A stretch of 64,000 bases of DNA from Bacteroidales bacterium. Its GTDB lineage: Bacteria; Bacteroidota; Bacteroidia; Bacteroidales; VadinHA17. The stretch covers positions 9,111 through 73,110 of the forward strand of contig JAVVEL010000004.1 in assembly GCA_032260385.1 (NCBI GenBank). The letters are read 5' to 3'. A program made the translations under genes and the position numbers. Shown piece by piece: positions 30,063-40,240 of this stretch. The notes under the pieces were generated by a model. That model worked only from the letters and a program-made list of their open reading frames with translations, made no database searches and was not told where the DNA came from. Position 1 is the first letter of the stretch, and each line of letters starts with the position of its first letter.

Positions 30063-31094
30063 TTACTGACTTATTTCTCCCCTCAGACTCCTATTTAGAA
30101 GGGTTTTTATTATATCGGCATCATTATAATTTCCAAGTAAATACATTAACTTGGTAACAGCTGCCTCCGGTGTCATGTCAAAGCCGCTTATTACACCTGC
30201 TTCCAGCAAGGACCTTCCTGTTTCATAAAGACCCATATCCACCCTGCCTGAATGACATTGTGTAATATTTAAAACAATGCCTCCCCGGGAAATATAAGTT
30301 CTTATTTCATCTATGTACCATGGAGCCCTGGGGCCGTTCCCCGTCCCGAATGATTCAATTATGACTGCCCTGGGAGGAGCATGGGTGAAAAATTTTTGCA
30401 CCGTTTCCCGGGTGATACCCGGGAAGAGTTTAATTATGGATATGTTGCTGTCAAGATTGTTTCTTATCATGAGACTTTTTCTTACGGTGGGTGTAAGAAT
30501 GAGCCTGTCATTGAACTTTATGTTTATTCCTGCTTCAGCAAGGGGAGGAAAATTGGGAGAATCGAAGGCGCTGAAATGCTCTGAACTGAATTTGCTTGTA
30601 CGGTTACCCCTGAGAAGGTAGTTCTCAAAATATATACATACTTCAGGTACCGGTGTTTTACCGTTCAGTTTTGCCGCAGCTATTTCAATGGCACTGATAA
30701 GGTTTTCCTTGCCATCAGTTCTTATTATGCCAATTGGAAGCTGTGAGCCCGTAAAGATCACCGGCTTTTCAAGGTTTTCGAGCATGAAACTCAGGGCAGA
30801 AGCTGAATATGCCATGGTATCGGTGCCATGCAGTATGACGAAGCCGTCATAGCTTTCATAGTTCTCCCCAATGATTCCTGCCATTTGTTTCCATGATCCG
30901 GGGCTGATATCCGCTGAATCAATAAGGGGATCAAATGATACAGTGTCAATCCTGCAATCAAAACGTCTTAGCTCGGGGACCTGTTTCTCAATATGTTTAA
31001 AATTGAAAGGTACAAGTACCCCGGATAAAGGATCATGAACCATTCCTATGGTGCCACCGGTATATATAATTAATATGGATGCTGTATTTTTCAC
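30063..31094 (-). CDS. ansA: L-asparaginase, type I
   Basis: ILIIYTGGTIGM is the catalytic Thr motif. HGTDTM is also present. Length is 343 aa. Confidence 0.9.
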   Translation of the reverse strand: MKNTASILIIYTGGTIGMVHDPLSGVLVPFNFKHIEKQVPELRRFDCRIDTVSFDPLIDSADISPGSWKQMAGIIGENYESYDGFVILHGTDTMAYSASALSFMLENLEKPVIFTGSQLPIGIIRTDGKENLISAIEIAAAKLNGKTPVPEVCIYFENYLLRGNRTSKFSSEHFSAFDSPNFPPLAEAGINIKFNDRLILTPTVRKSLMIRNNLDSNISIIKLFPGITRETVQKFFTHAPPRAVIIESFGTGNGPRAPWYIDEIRTYISRGGIVLNITQCHSGRVDMGLYETGRSLLEAGVISGFDMTPEAAVTKLMYLLGNYNDADIIKTLLNRSLRGEISQ

Positions 31095-31103
31095 AGGTCT
31101 TCT

Positions 31104-31874
31104 TTAATCCAATTTAAACAAATTATTGCAGTTGGAGGTGCTTATCTCTGCAATTTCTTCCAGGGGCAGTTTTTTTATCTCTGAAAGTTTTTCAGCAATA
31201 TACCTGAGATATGAACTTTCGTTTCTTTTTCCTCTTTTGGGCACCGGGGCAAGGAAGGGAGAATCCGTTTCAAGGATAATATTTTCGGGATCTATCATTT
31301 CAAGGGTCTTGTCAAGAGAAGAGTTCCGGAAAGTGAGTATTCCCCCGATGCCGATAAGAAAACCCCTCTCAATAATCTCGCCGGCCTGCCTCTGGTCCCC
31401 GGTGAAAGCATGAAAGACGCCCCGAAGGCCAGGGATGTTAGCATCATCCAGCAGTTTGAGAACCAGGTCATGGCTTTCGCGTGTATGTATGACAACAGGC
31501 AGCTTTTCCCTTCCGGCTATTTTAATCTGTTCCCTGAAGGCTTCCTCCTGCTCCCTGATATAAGTTTTGTCCCAGTAAAGATCAATCCCTATCTCTCCAA
31601 TGGCAATAAACTTATACTTATGAAGATTATCATGTACGGCCTTCAGATGCTCTTTGAAGTCTTCCTTAATGCTGGTAGGGTGTACCCCAATCATAGGGAA
31701 GCATATTCCCGGGTAATCGACTGACATACGCAGCATCGGTTCCAGCGAAGCCCTGTCAATATTCGGAAGGAGCATTTTTGTAACATCCTGATTAACTGCC
31801 CTTTTTATGACCTCATCCCTGTCATAATCAAATTCGGGCAGGTAAAGGTGGGTATGACTGTCAATCAATTGCAT
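31104..31874 (-). CDS. TatD family metal-dependent hydrolase
   Basis: LIDSHTHL, GEIGIDLYW, VVIHTRES, GVFHAF and ILLETDSPFLAP. Confidence 0.9.
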   Translation of the reverse strand: MQLIDSHTHLYLPEFDYDRDEVIKRAVNQDVTKMLLPNIDRASLEPMLRMSVDYPGICFPMIGVHPTSIKEDFKEHLKAVHDNLHKYKFIAIGEIGIDLYWDKTYIREQEEAFREQIKIAGREKLPVVIHTRESHDLVLKLLDDANIPGLRGVFHAFTGDQRQAGEIIERGFLIGIGGILTFRNSSLDKTLEMIDPENIILETDSPFLAPVPKRGKRNESSYLRYIAEKLSEIKKLPLEEIAEISTSNCNNLFKLD

Positions 31875-31896
31875 CTTTTATTTCGTTTTCAGGCTT

Positions 31897-31904
31897 CAAA
31901 CATA
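31897..31904 (-). promoter_or_regulatory. candidate -7 promoter box (TAnnTTTG) for tatD-ansA
   Basis: The minus strand reads TATGTTTG, 23 nt upstream of the ATG at 31874. Confidence 0.4.
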
Positions 31905-31907
31905 GGA

Positions 31908-31940
31908 AACAAAAAAAAAAGAGGCAAAGAAAATGCCCCT
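31908..31940 (-). terminator. intrinsic terminator after gdhA
   Basis: On the minus strand, GGGGCA-TTTTCTT-TGCCTC forms a stem with one G-U pair, followed by T10. Confidence 0.65.
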
Positions 31941-31965
31941 TTTTCCTGGTATTATCATGTTTTGT

Positions 31966-33306
31966 CTATACTACTCCGTGGGCAAGCATTGATTCGGCAA
32001 CTTTTATAAAGCCACCGATATTTGCTCCCGTCACGTAATTGATATAACCGTCATCCTGTTTCCCGTATTTAACGCAGGTGTCGTGTATATTTTTCATTAT
32101 CACCTGGAGCCTGGTGTCGACTTCTTCACGTGTCCATGCCAGGCGCATTGAATTCTGTGTCATTTCAAGGCCTGAAACAGCTACTCCTCCTGCATTGGCT
32201 GCCTTGCCGGGGCCGTAAAGTATGCCGGCTTCCAGGTAGGCATTAATGGCATCGGGTGTTGACGGCATGTTAGCTCCTTCAGAGACACAATAGCAACCAT
32301 TCTTTATTAATTTTTTTGCTTCCTCTCCGCTTATTTCATTTTCTGTTGCGTTGGGCATTGCAACATCACATTTAATATCCCATGGTCTTTTCCCCTCGAA
32401 GTATTCAACCCCGTATTTTTCTGCATATTCCTTTATCCTTCCGCGCCTGACATTCTTGAGGTCCATAACATAGGCAAGTTTTTCTTCATTAATGCCCGCG
32501 GGATCGTATATATAACCTGATGAATCGGAAAGAGTGACTACCTTGCCACCCATTTCGGTCACTTTCTGGCAGGCAAACTGTGCAACATTGCCTGAGCCTG
32601 ATATGGTCACCACCTTACCTTGAAGGCTATCACCCCTTGTTTCGAGCATATTCTGGGCAAAATAAGTTGCCCCGTAGCCCGTTGCTTCAGGACGTATTAC
32701 TGAGCCTCCCCAGTTAAGACCCTTGCCTGTCAGTACTCCTGTAAACTCGTTACGGAGCCTTTTATACTGACCGAAGAGGTAGCCTATTTCGCGGCCGCCA
32801 ACGCCAATATCACCGGCAGGAACATCTGTGTTTGGACCAATATGGCGTGATAATTCACTCATGAAACTCTGGCAGAATCTCATTACTTCATTATCGGATT
32901 TACCCTTGGGGTCAAAGTCGGATCCCCCCTTTCCTCCTCCCATCGGGAGTGTTGTAAGACTGTTTTTTAATACCTGCTCGAAAGCAAGGAATTTGAGGAT
33001 TCCCAGGTTTACCGTAGGGTGGAACCTCAAGCCACCTTTATAAGGTCCTATGGCACTGTTCATTTCAATACGGTAGCCTTTGTTGATCTGTATTTCTCCC
33101 TTGTCATCAAGCCAGGGTACCCTGAAAAGAATAACCCTTTCGGGTTCGGCAATTCTCTCGAGGATCTTTGCGTGCTTGTACTTGGGATTTTCTTCGATAA
33201 AGGGAATAAGTGATTCGGCAACTTCCTGGACGGCCTGGTGGAATTCTTTTTCTCCCGGGTTTCTGGCCTTAATGTTTGCCATAAATTTTTCAACTCTTGG
33301 GTCCAT
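31966..33306 (-). CDS. gdhA: glutamate dehydrogenase, NADP-type dinucleotide fingerprint
   Basis: 446 aa. The catalytic region is LPMGGGKGGSDFDPKGKS. The Rossmann fingerprint SGSGNVAQFA...VVTLSDSSGYIYD resembles E. coli GdhA as I recall it. Confidence 0.95.
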   Translation of the reverse strand: MDPRVEKFMANIKARNPGEKEFHQAVQEVAESLIPFIEENPKYKHAKILERIAEPERVILFRVPWLDDKGEIQINKGYRIEMNSAIGPYKGGLRFHPTVNLGILKFLAFEQVLKNSLTTLPMGGGKGGSDFDPKGKSDNEVMRFCQSFMSELSRHIGPNTDVPAGDIGVGGREIGYLFGQYKRLRNEFTGVLTGKGLNWGGSVIRPEATGYGATYFAQNMLETRGDSLQGKVVTISGSGNVAQFACQKVTEMGGKVVTLSDSSGYIYDPAGINEEKLAYVMDLKNVRRGRIKEYAEKYGVEYFEGKRPWDIKCDVAMPNATENEISGEEAKKLIKNGCYCVSEGANMPSTPDAINAYLEAGILYGPGKAANAGGVAVSGLEMTQNSMRLAWTREEVDTRLQVIMKNIHDTCVKYGKQDDGYINYVTGANIGGFIKVAESMLAHGVV

Positions 33307-33524
33307 AGTCTTGTGTTTTTTAATGGTTATTTTTAGCTTAGAGATGTTAAAAATAAAAATTTCATTTTAAAACAGAAGGAAGTATCTGTCTTCTTTGTAA
33401 ATTTTGAAATATTTATTGCAGTGAAAAAAGTTAAAAGGCCGGTGGAAAAGTTGTTGTTCTGCAGAAGTATGCTTCAAAACATTTATGTTAATTTGTTTAT
33501 GCTTGACTGAAGGCCCGGTCATGC

Positions 33525-34670
33525 TCAGTTTTTTCTGCGGTAAATATTTCCCGGCATGCTTTCTATATAGCCTGAGAACTCAAGTTTCAGGAGGGCAGAA
33601 GAAAGGTGGTGAAGAGGTTTTTCCATTGACTTACTGATCTGGTCGGCCGATAGTTCCTCAAATTCATATATTAATTGGTATATTTTATCCTCCAGCGGAC
33701 TCAGATTCTCAGTGAAGAGTTTCCCCTGTTTAGTTTCGGTATTTGATTTAAGCCAGTTGAGGGTATAAAGGATGTCGTCGGCCGATTCTATAAGGGCAGC
33801 CCTGTTTGATTTAATAAGCAGGTTACATCCTTCCGAGTAGGGGGCCCCGGGGTTCCCGGGGACCGCCATCACCTCCCTGTTATAGGAGAGTGCTATATCC
33901 GCGGTGACCATGGCCCCTCCTTTTCTGCCTGATTCTATAACAAGGGTGGCATCTGATAGGCCGGCGATGATCCTGTTTCTTTTAAGGAAGTTATTTCTCT
34001 CGGGAGCCTCGAAGGAAGGGAAATCTGTAATAAGTGCACCCTGGGATAAAATTTGTTTTGCTACCGGCAGGTGGACAGAAGGATAAATTGTACCAAAACC
34101 ATGGCCCAGGACAGCCACTGTCCTGAGCTTTTCTTTCAGGGCTGCCTTATGGGCTGTGATATCAACCCCGTAGGCCAGGCCACTGGTAATTATTAAATCC
34201 GGGAATTCACAGGCAAGGTCATGGACGAGAGAATTACATATATCTTTTCCCCTGCGAGTGATATTCCTGGTACCAACAATGCTTATAATTTTATTTTCAT
34301 TCAGTCCGGTATTTCCTTTACTATAAATTAGAAGGGGTGAATCGTGGCATTCTTTCAACCTTTCCGGGTAGGCAGGATCGTCGTACCGTTTAAGATCTAT
34401 ACCATGTTTGCGGATAAAATCCAGCTCTTCACCTGCCTTTTTTATGAATTCTTTTGAGCAAAGGTGGGATGCCATTTTTTTCCCTACGCCGGGTATTTTT
34501 ATAAGGTTACCGTAAGCTTCCTTAAAAACGGCGGTGGCTGAGCCGAGGTGCGAAATAAGTCTTTTGGCGTTAATATCCCCTATTGAGGGCACCATGCCAA
34601 GGGCGATGGTGTAAATTAATTCCCTGTCGTTTTCCATTTCAGCATGAGACATTTTATCAAAGATAAACAA
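33525..34670 (-). CDS. dprA: DNA-processing protein DprA
   Basis: It has an N-terminal SAM-like region (LGMVPSIGDINAKRLI), a Rossmann core (IVGTRNITRRG...SGLAYGVDITAHKAAL...GHG...YP) and a C-terminal winged-helix-like tail. Confidence 0.9.
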   Translation of the reverse strand: MFIFDKMSHAEMENDRELIYTIALGMVPSIGDINAKRLISHLGSATAVFKEAYGNLIKIPGVGKKMASHLCSKEFIKKAGEELDFIRKHGIDLKRYDDPAYPERLKECHDSPLLIYSKGNTGLNENKIISIVGTRNITRRGKDICNSLVHDLACEFPDLIITSGLAYGVDITAHKAALKEKLRTVAVLGHGFGTIYPSVHLPVAKQILSQGALITDFPSFEAPERNNFLKRNRIIAGLSDATLVIESGRKGGAMVTADIALSYNREVMAVPGNPGAPYSEGCNLLIKSNRAALIESADDILYTLNWLKSNTETKQGKLFTENLSPLEDKIYQLIYEFEELSADQISKSMEKPLHHLSSALLKLEFSGYIESMPGNIYRRKN

Positions 34671-34707
34671 GAGGGCTGAATTAATTTATACAGGTAGGCA
34701 TAAAAAT

Positions 34708-34743
34708 GACAAAAAAAGGCTGCCCAAGAGGTGAACAGCCTTT
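34708..34743 (-). terminator. intrinsic terminator after the second gdh gene
   Basis: AAAGGCTG-(13 nt)-CAGCCTTT is an 8-bp stem. On the minus strand it is followed by TTTTTTTG. Confidence 0.7.
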
Positions 34744-34764
34744 AAATAAAAACTATGGGAGTTA

Positions 34765-36102
34765 CTAATAAATTCCGTAATCGAGCATTGAATTTGCCAC
34801 TTTCAGGAAGCCTGCAATATTTGCTCCCTTAACGTAATCAACATATCCGCTTTCCGTAGTTCCGTTTCTGACACATGCTTCGTGGATATTTATCATTATC
34901 TCGTGCAGCCTGTCGTCAACCTCGTTACGTCTCCAGTGAAGTTTCATTGAATTCTGTGACATTTCAAGACCTGAAGTAGCCACACCTCCGGCATTTGCTG
35001 CCTTCCCCGGAGCAAAGAGGAGCTTGTTTTTCTGAATTATTTCAATGGCCTCCGGTGTGCAGGGCATATTGGCTCCTTCGCATACACATATACATCCATT
35101 ATTAACCAGGTTCTGTGCATCCTCGGCGTTAAGTTCGTTCTGTGTTGCACAGGGGAGGGCTATATCAACCTTTACTTCCCAGGGGTGCTTGTTTTCGTGG
35201 AACTGGGCCGATTCATATTCATATGAATAGGGTTTTACTATATCTTCATTTGATGCCCTGAGCTCAAGCATATAATCTATCTTGTCTCCTGATATTCCCT
35301 CCGTGTCATAAACATAACCATCGGGACCTGATAGTGTTACAACTTTGCCTCCCAGTTCGTTTACTTTTTGCACAGCACCCCAGGCCACATTTCCAAAACC
35401 TGAAACGGCAACTGTCTTGCCCTTGAAAGTTTCTCCAATGGTAGCAAGCATTTCTTTTGCAAAATAAACACAGCCAAAGCCGGTGGCTTCAGGCCGGATA
35501 AGAGAGCCGCCCCAGTTAATGCCTTTTCCTGTCAGAACACCTGAGTGCTCACGGCGGAGTTTCTTATACATACCGTAAAGATAACCTATCTCACGTCCGC
35601 CCACACCTATATCACCGGCAGGGACATCCATTTCAGGGCCGATGTAGTTCCATAATTCGAGCATGAATGAATGACAGAACTTCATGATCTCGGCATCAGA
35701 TTTGCCTTTTGGGTTGAAGTCGGATCCTCCTTTGCCTCCACCCATGGGCAGGGAGGTAAGTGAATTTTTGAATATTTGTTCAAAACCGAGAAATTTTAAA
35801 ATGCTCAGGTTAACGCTGGGGTGGAAGCGTAAACCACCCTTGTAAGGTCCGATGGCATTATTATATTGAACACGGTAGCCCAGGTTTACCTGAACCTTCC
35901 CTTCGTCATCCATCCAGGGTACTTTGAAAGTGATTATCCTGTCAGGCTCAATTAGCCTTTCAATTATATTGGCTGCTTCGAAATGGGGGTTCTCATTATA
36001 GACTTCCTCTATTGATTCGAGAACTTCCCTGACAGCCTGAAGGTATTCAATCTCGCCGGGATGTTTCTTTTCCAGGTTGTTAAGAACAATATCTACATTC
36101 AT
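34765..36102 (-). CDS. glutamate dehydrogenase paralog, NAD-type dinucleotide fingerprint
   Basis: 445 aa with the same catalytic core (LPMGGGKGGSDFNPKGKS). The fingerprint SGFGNVAWGA...VVTLSGPDGYVYD resembles the NAD-specific Clostridium symbiosum enzyme as I recall it. Confidence 0.93.
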   Translation of the reverse strand: MNVDIVLNNLEKKHPGEIEYLQAVREVLESIEEVYNENPHFEAANIIERLIEPDRIITFKVPWMDDEGKVQVNLGYRVQYNNAIGPYKGGLRFHPSVNLSILKFLGFEQIFKNSLTSLPMGGGKGGSDFNPKGKSDAEIMKFCHSFMLELWNYIGPEMDVPAGDIGVGGREIGYLYGMYKKLRREHSGVLTGKGINWGGSLIRPEATGFGCVYFAKEMLATIGETFKGKTVAVSGFGNVAWGAVQKVNELGGKVVTLSGPDGYVYDTEGISGDKIDYMLELRASNEDIVKPYSYEYESAQFHENKHPWEVKVDIALPCATQNELNAEDAQNLVNNGCICVCEGANMPCTPEAIEIIQKNKLLFAPGKAANAGGVATSGLEMSQNSMKLHWRRNEVDDRLHEIMINIHEACVRNGTTESGYVDYVKGANIAGFLKVANSMLDYGIY

Positions 36103-36207
36103 TATTAATTTAATTTAGTGTTTTTATAATATGGTTGATAATAAGTGCAAAATTGTTTATTCCAAAAATGATAAAAAATGATTAAACTCATATGTCTATC
36201 CTGTTCA

Positions 36208-36687
36208 TTACGGTTTTATGTAAGCGTCAAGCGCCTTCATTATTTTTTTTAGCTCTGCTTTTGAAAGAGATGATACATAAACAGGTGAATAGCTTGCTTT
36301 TTTATTTCCCATAATCCTGAATAAAAGTATGGATTTTATAAGGCCAATAAAATTCTTTTTTATTTTATATCCCGCAAACTCATGCTTTGGAATCTCTACA
36401 GAGCTTTTTTTTCCGCTCAGAAAACCTACCGAATAATATCTGAAGATAATATTTTTACCATCATCAGAAAAGTAAATATACCTGTATTTAAGGAGCATCG
36501 GAAGGAAGGCCAGCAGGAGGTATAATACCGTAAGTATAAGAGTGGCATGAAACTCCTGGATGCCCAGGATCGGAAACCGGAGCTGCTTGCCGTAATACAC
36601 CAGGTAAACATATACAAGCATAATAATGGTTGCTATGAAGAGCCTTAGCCTTAAGCCTATAATTGTCTTTCCGTTGTCAAATGTCAT
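36208..36687 (-). CDS. hypothetical membrane protein (two TM helices plus a small soluble domain)
   Basis: 159 aa. The two hydrophobic helices are LRLFIATIIMLVYVYLVYY and ATLILTVLYLLLAFLPMLL. A basic C-terminal domain follows. No family was recognised. Confidence 0.55.
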   Translation of the reverse strand: MTFDNGKTIIGLRLRLFIATIIMLVYVYLVYYGKQLRFPILGIQEFHATLILTVLYLLLAFLPMLLKYRYIYFSDDGKNIIFRYYSVGFLSGKKSSVEIPKHEFAGYKIKKNFIGLIKSILLFRIMGNKKASYSPVYVSSLSKAELKKIMKALDAYIKP

Positions 36688-36732
36688 CAGGGGATATTTT
36701 TATAAACCTAATTTATTTTACAAAGATATAAA

Positions 36733-37191
36733 CTAAGCGGTCAAATTCTGCCTTTTGCCTTTAAAGAAGTCACTTAAGATATTCCGGCATTCTTTTTCAA
36801 GAATACCCTTTACTGCGGTTGTTTTTTTAGGGAGAATACGGTTTTGATTTAGTGTGTAACCTCTTTTTTCATCATCTGCTCCATAGACCAGTCTTCCGAT
36901 ACGGCTCCAGAACAGGGCTCCGGCGCACATAGTACAGGGCTCAAGGGTAACGAAAAGACTGCATTTATCAAGGTATTTTCCCCCCAGGAAAGCGGTGGCT
37001 GCCGTTATTGCCTGCATTTCTGCGTGAGCAGTCGGGTCATTGAGCGTTTCGGTGAGATTATGGGCTCTTGCTATTATCCTGTTATTGCAAACAACCACGG
37101 CCCCGACGGGTACCTCTCCTTTCTCCTTTCCTTTTACGGCTTCAAGCAGGGCCGCTTTCATGAAAAAATCATCGGTGAATTCCACTGTCAT
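36733..37191 (-). CDS. tadA: tRNA adenosine(34) deaminase TadA
   Basis: It has the CDA zinc motifs HAEMQAI and PCTMCAGAL. Length is 152 aa. Confidence 0.9.
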   Translation of the reverse strand: MTVEFTDDFFMKAALLEAVKGKEKGEVPVGAVVVCNNRIIARAHNLTETLNDPTAHAEMQAITAATAFLGGKYLDKCSLFVTLEPCTMCAGALFWSRIGRLVYGADDEKRGYTLNQNRILPKKTTAVKGILEKECRNILSDFFKGKRQNLTA

Positions 37192-37212
37192 ACTTTAATT
37201 GTGCATCAGGGA

Positions 37213-37220
37213 CAAAAATA
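37213..37220 (-). promoter_or_regulatory. candidate -7 promoter box (TAnnTTTG) for tadA
   Basis: The minus strand reads TATTTTTG, 22 nt upstream of the ATG at 37191. Confidence 0.45.
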
Positions 37221-37280
37221 CAAAATACGTAAATATATTTTAGTTGGATACAATTCGTTTCAGTGTTCTGATGTTTTGGT

Positions 37281-37288
37281 TATTTTTG
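37281..37288 (+). promoter_or_regulatory. candidate -7 promoter box (TAnnTTTG) for aspS
   Basis: TATTTTTG lies 23 nt upstream of the ATG at 37311. Confidence 0.45.
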
Positions 37289-37310
37289 TTTCAAATTTAT
37301 CAGGCTCAAT

Positions 37311-39071
37311 ATGTACAGAACACACAATTGCGGAGAATTGAACTTATCCAACAGGGGTGAGAGGGTAATCTTAAGCGGCTGGGTCCATAAATCGCGTGAC
37401 CTGGGAGGAATGACCTTTATTGACCTGCGTGACAGGTATGGCAAAACCCAGCTTGTTTTCAATATGGAGACAAATCCCGGCCTGTGTGCAGAGGCCAGGA
37501 AGCTTGGAAGGGAATACGTTATACAGGCCGGGGGTCTTGTTGAGGAAAGAAGCAATAAGAACCCGAAGATGTCAACAGGTGCTATCGAAATTATTGTTGA
37601 CAGGTTCACAGTGCTAAATGCCAGCAGGATACCTCCCTTTACAATAGAAGAGGAAACAGACGGTGGGGATGAATTGAGAATGAAATACAGATACCTTGAC
37701 CTCAGGAGGGAACCTGTAAAGCAAAATATTATACACAGGCACAGGGTGGCACAGGAAGTGAGAAAATACCTCGATTCCCGGGGTTTTCTTGAAATTGAAA
37801 CACCCGTCCTGATTAAATCGACACCCGAGGGGGCACGTGACTTCGTGGTTCCCTCAAGGGTACACCCGGGTTTATTTTATGCCCTGCCACAATCACCCCA
37901 AACCTTCAAGCAATTGCTTATGGTCTCAGGTTTCGACAAGTATTTTCAGATAGTAAGGTGTTTCCGTGATGAAGACCTGCGTGCCGATCGCCAGCCGGAA
38001 TTCACTCAGATCGACTGTGAAATGTCTTTTGTTGAACAGGAAGATGTGTTGAATGCTTTTGAAGGACTGGCAGTCTACCTGTTTAAGGCAATAAAGAATT
38101 ATAACCTTGAGGCTTTCCCGCGTATGTCATATGACCGGGCGATGTCAGAATATGGAACGGATAAACCCGACCTGAGATTCGAAATGAAGATAAAGGACCT
38201 GGGTGACCTGGTAAAGGACAGTGGATTCAATGTTTTTGACAACTCCGAATATGTTGGAGGCATAGTGGCCCCGGGCTGTTCCGAATATTCGAGGAAGGAA
38301 CTGGACGGCCTGACAGATTTTGTCAGGAGACCACAGATAGGGGCAAAGGGGCTCGTATATGTTAAATATAACAGGGATGGCTCATTCAAGTCATCAGTCG
38401 ATAAATTCTTTGAAGGCGATGATCTGCAGCAATGGGCTGAAAAGATGGCTGCAGAGCCGGGTGACCTCCTCCTTCTGCTGGCAGGCGAAAGAATGAGTAC
38501 CCTGGCTGCACTTTCAGAACTGAGGCTTGAGATGGGTAAGCGCCTGGAATTAAGGGCTGAAGGTGTTTTCAGACCCCTGTGGGTAGTGGATTTTCCCTTA
38601 CTGGAATGGGATGAGGAAACAGGGAGGTATTATGCCATGCACCACCCTTTTACATCACCGAAGAAGGAAGACTTACATTTGCTGGAATCAGAGCCCGGAA
38701 GGGTGAGGGCCAATGCCTATGACCTTGTTATAAACGGAGTTGAGATAGGAGGTGGTTCAATAAGGATACATGATGCGGAAATACAGAAAAAAATGTTCGG
38801 TGTCCTGGGTTTCACCGAGGAGGAGGCCGTGTCGCAGTTTGGTTTCCTGATGGATGCTTTCAGCTACGGGGCACCTCCCCATGGAGGTATTGCTTTCGGT
38901 TTCGATCGCTGGGTATCACTGTTTGCCGGATCAGAAACGATAAGGGACTTTATTGCCTTCCCTAAAAACAATGCCGGCAGGGACATAATGATAGACTCTC
39001 CTTCCGGCCTTTCAAAAAAACAGCTGGATGAATTATACCTGGAGATAAAAAAAATATCCGGAAGTAGCTAA
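37311..39071 (+). CDS. aspS: aspartate--tRNA ligase
   Basis: [10 protein letters not shown], class II motifs ([18 protein letters not shown]; GGGSIRIH; GIAFGFDR) and a GAD insertion domain. Confidence 0.97.
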   Translation: MYRTHNCGELNLSNRGERVILSGWVHKSRDLGGMTFIDLRDRYGKTQLVFNMETNPGLCAEARKLGREYVIQAGGLVEERSNKNPKMSTGAIEIIVDRFTVLNASRIPPFTIEEETDGGDELRMKYRYLDLRREPVKQNIIHRHRVAQEVRKYLDSRGFLEIETPVLIKSTPEGARDFVVPSRVHPGLFYALPQSPQTFKQLLMVSGFDKYFQIVRCFRDEDLRADRQPEFTQIDCEMSFVEQEDVLNAFEGLAVYLFKAIKNYNLEAFPRMSYDRAMSEYGTDKPDLRFEMKIKDLGDLVKDSGFNVFDNSEYVGGIVAPGCSEYSRKELDGLTDFVRRPQIGAKGLVYVKYNRDGSFKSSVDKFFEGDDLQQWAEKMAAEPGDLLLLLAGERMSTLAALSELRLEMGKRLELRAEGVFRPLWVVDFPLLEWDEETGRYYAMHHPFTSPKKEDLHLLESEPGRVRANAYDLVINGVEIGGGSIRIHDAEIQKKMFGVLGFTEEEAVSQFGFLMDAFSYGAPPHGGIAFGFDRWVSLFAGSETIRDFIAFPKNNAGRDIMIDSPSGLSKKQLDELYLEIKKISGSS

Positions 39072-39162
39072 TAGTTATTACTTTAATGCTAACAGGAAAT
39101 CTGTTTCGCCTGTTACTTACATGTATTAATATTATTGTGTCTGCGAAATCAAATATTATTAC

Positions 39163-39170
39163 TAAATTTG
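39163..39170 (+). promoter_or_regulatory. candidate -7 promoter box (TAnnTTTG) for the 39207 gene
   Basis: TAAATTTG lies 37 nt upstream of the ATG at 39207. Confidence 0.45.
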
Positions 39171-39206
39171 GTTTGACTGAAATAATCTAAAATAATATTT
39201 ATAACC

Positions 39207-40121
39207 ATGACCGACTCCTTTTTAAGAACAAACAGAGTTAAACTGGCAATCATTCCAGTCGCAATCTTATTAATGTGCTTAATGGCTCCGGCTGTTTTTG
39301 CACAGACTGACGTACAGGTCTCGAAAGAATATATTATAAAGCTGAAAGATGGAGGTTCTATAAGCGGAAAGATAGTATCGCAGAATAGTGAGCAGATAGT
39401 TGTTGAAACTTCATCCATGGGCCGGCTAACGATACAGAGATCTAACATAGACCAGATGACCTTACTTACGGAGAGTGATGCCGGGAAGGGCTGGTACCCA
39501 AACCCCAACCCGTCCAAATATCTAATAGGAAGCTCGGCAATCGCACCTGAAAAAGGGAGTGGCTATTACCAGAATACCTGGCTCTTCTTCAACTCTTTCA
39601 GTTATGCATTTACTGATTATTTAAGCCTGTCCGGAGGGTTTGAAATATTCTCTATTTTTGCAGGATCAGAAGGTCCTTATGCTTTTTACCTTAATCCCAA
39701 GGCCTCATTTGAAATTACCGAAAACTTTTATGCAGGGGCTAATATACTCTATGCAAACACTATTCGTACAATTGATGAGTTCGGTGGACTGGGCACACTG
39801 AATGGTTTTGCAACATATGGAAATGATAATAATAATATCACAGCCGGTTTCGGATGGGGTTTTGCAGAAGGTGAGATTACCAAAAAGCCCGTCATTACCA
39901 TAGCAGGAATGGCAAGGGTCTCCAGGCGTATAGGTTTTGTTAGTGAAAACTGGCTTATTCCTGAAGTGGGAGAAGGAGGGTCATATTACGGTATATTCTC
40001 TTATGGTGTAAGATTCCTTGGAGAAAATATATCTGTAGATCTTGCATTCGTAAATAATCCTGATATTGCGGACGCTCTGATCATTGGAGTGCCCTTCCTT
40101 GATTTCGTATTCAATTTTTAG
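39207..40121 (+). CDS. hypothetical secreted, beta-rich (possibly outer-membrane) protein
   Basis: The signal peptide is LAIIPVAILLMCLMAPAVFAQ. The body is rich in aromatic/Gly alternation and the C-terminus is ...FLDFVFNF. No family was recognised. Confidence 0.55.
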   Translation: MTDSFLRTNRVKLAIIPVAILLMCLMAPAVFAQTDVQVSKEYIIKLKDGGSISGKIVSQNSEQIVVETSSMGRLTIQRSNIDQMTLLTESDAGKGWYPNPNPSKYLIGSSAIAPEKGSGYYQNTWLFFNSFSYAFTDYLSLSGGFEIFSIFAGSEGPYAFYLNPKASFEITENFYAGANILYANTIRTIDEFGGLGTLNGFATYGNDNNNITAGFGWGFAEGEITKKPVITIAGMARVSRRIGFVSENWLIPEVGEGGSYYGIFSYGVRFLGENISVDLAFVNNPDIADALIIGVPFLDFVFNF

Positions 40122-40240
40122 GATTGACGCCGGCCTGAATAATTCTTCATCGGGGGGATAGATGCTATAACTTTCATCCTGAACACTTTGCTCGCTATAG
40201 TTTTAATGAAGGTGGTCTGTGAAGGATGCAAAGAAGCATT

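Noticed and set aside
39091-39114. I considered the hairpin AACAGGAAA-TCTG-TTTCGCCTGTT after aspS as a terminator.
   Set aside because: The stem is short and bulged, and it is followed by ACTTACATG with no U-tract. It is too weak to call as a feature.
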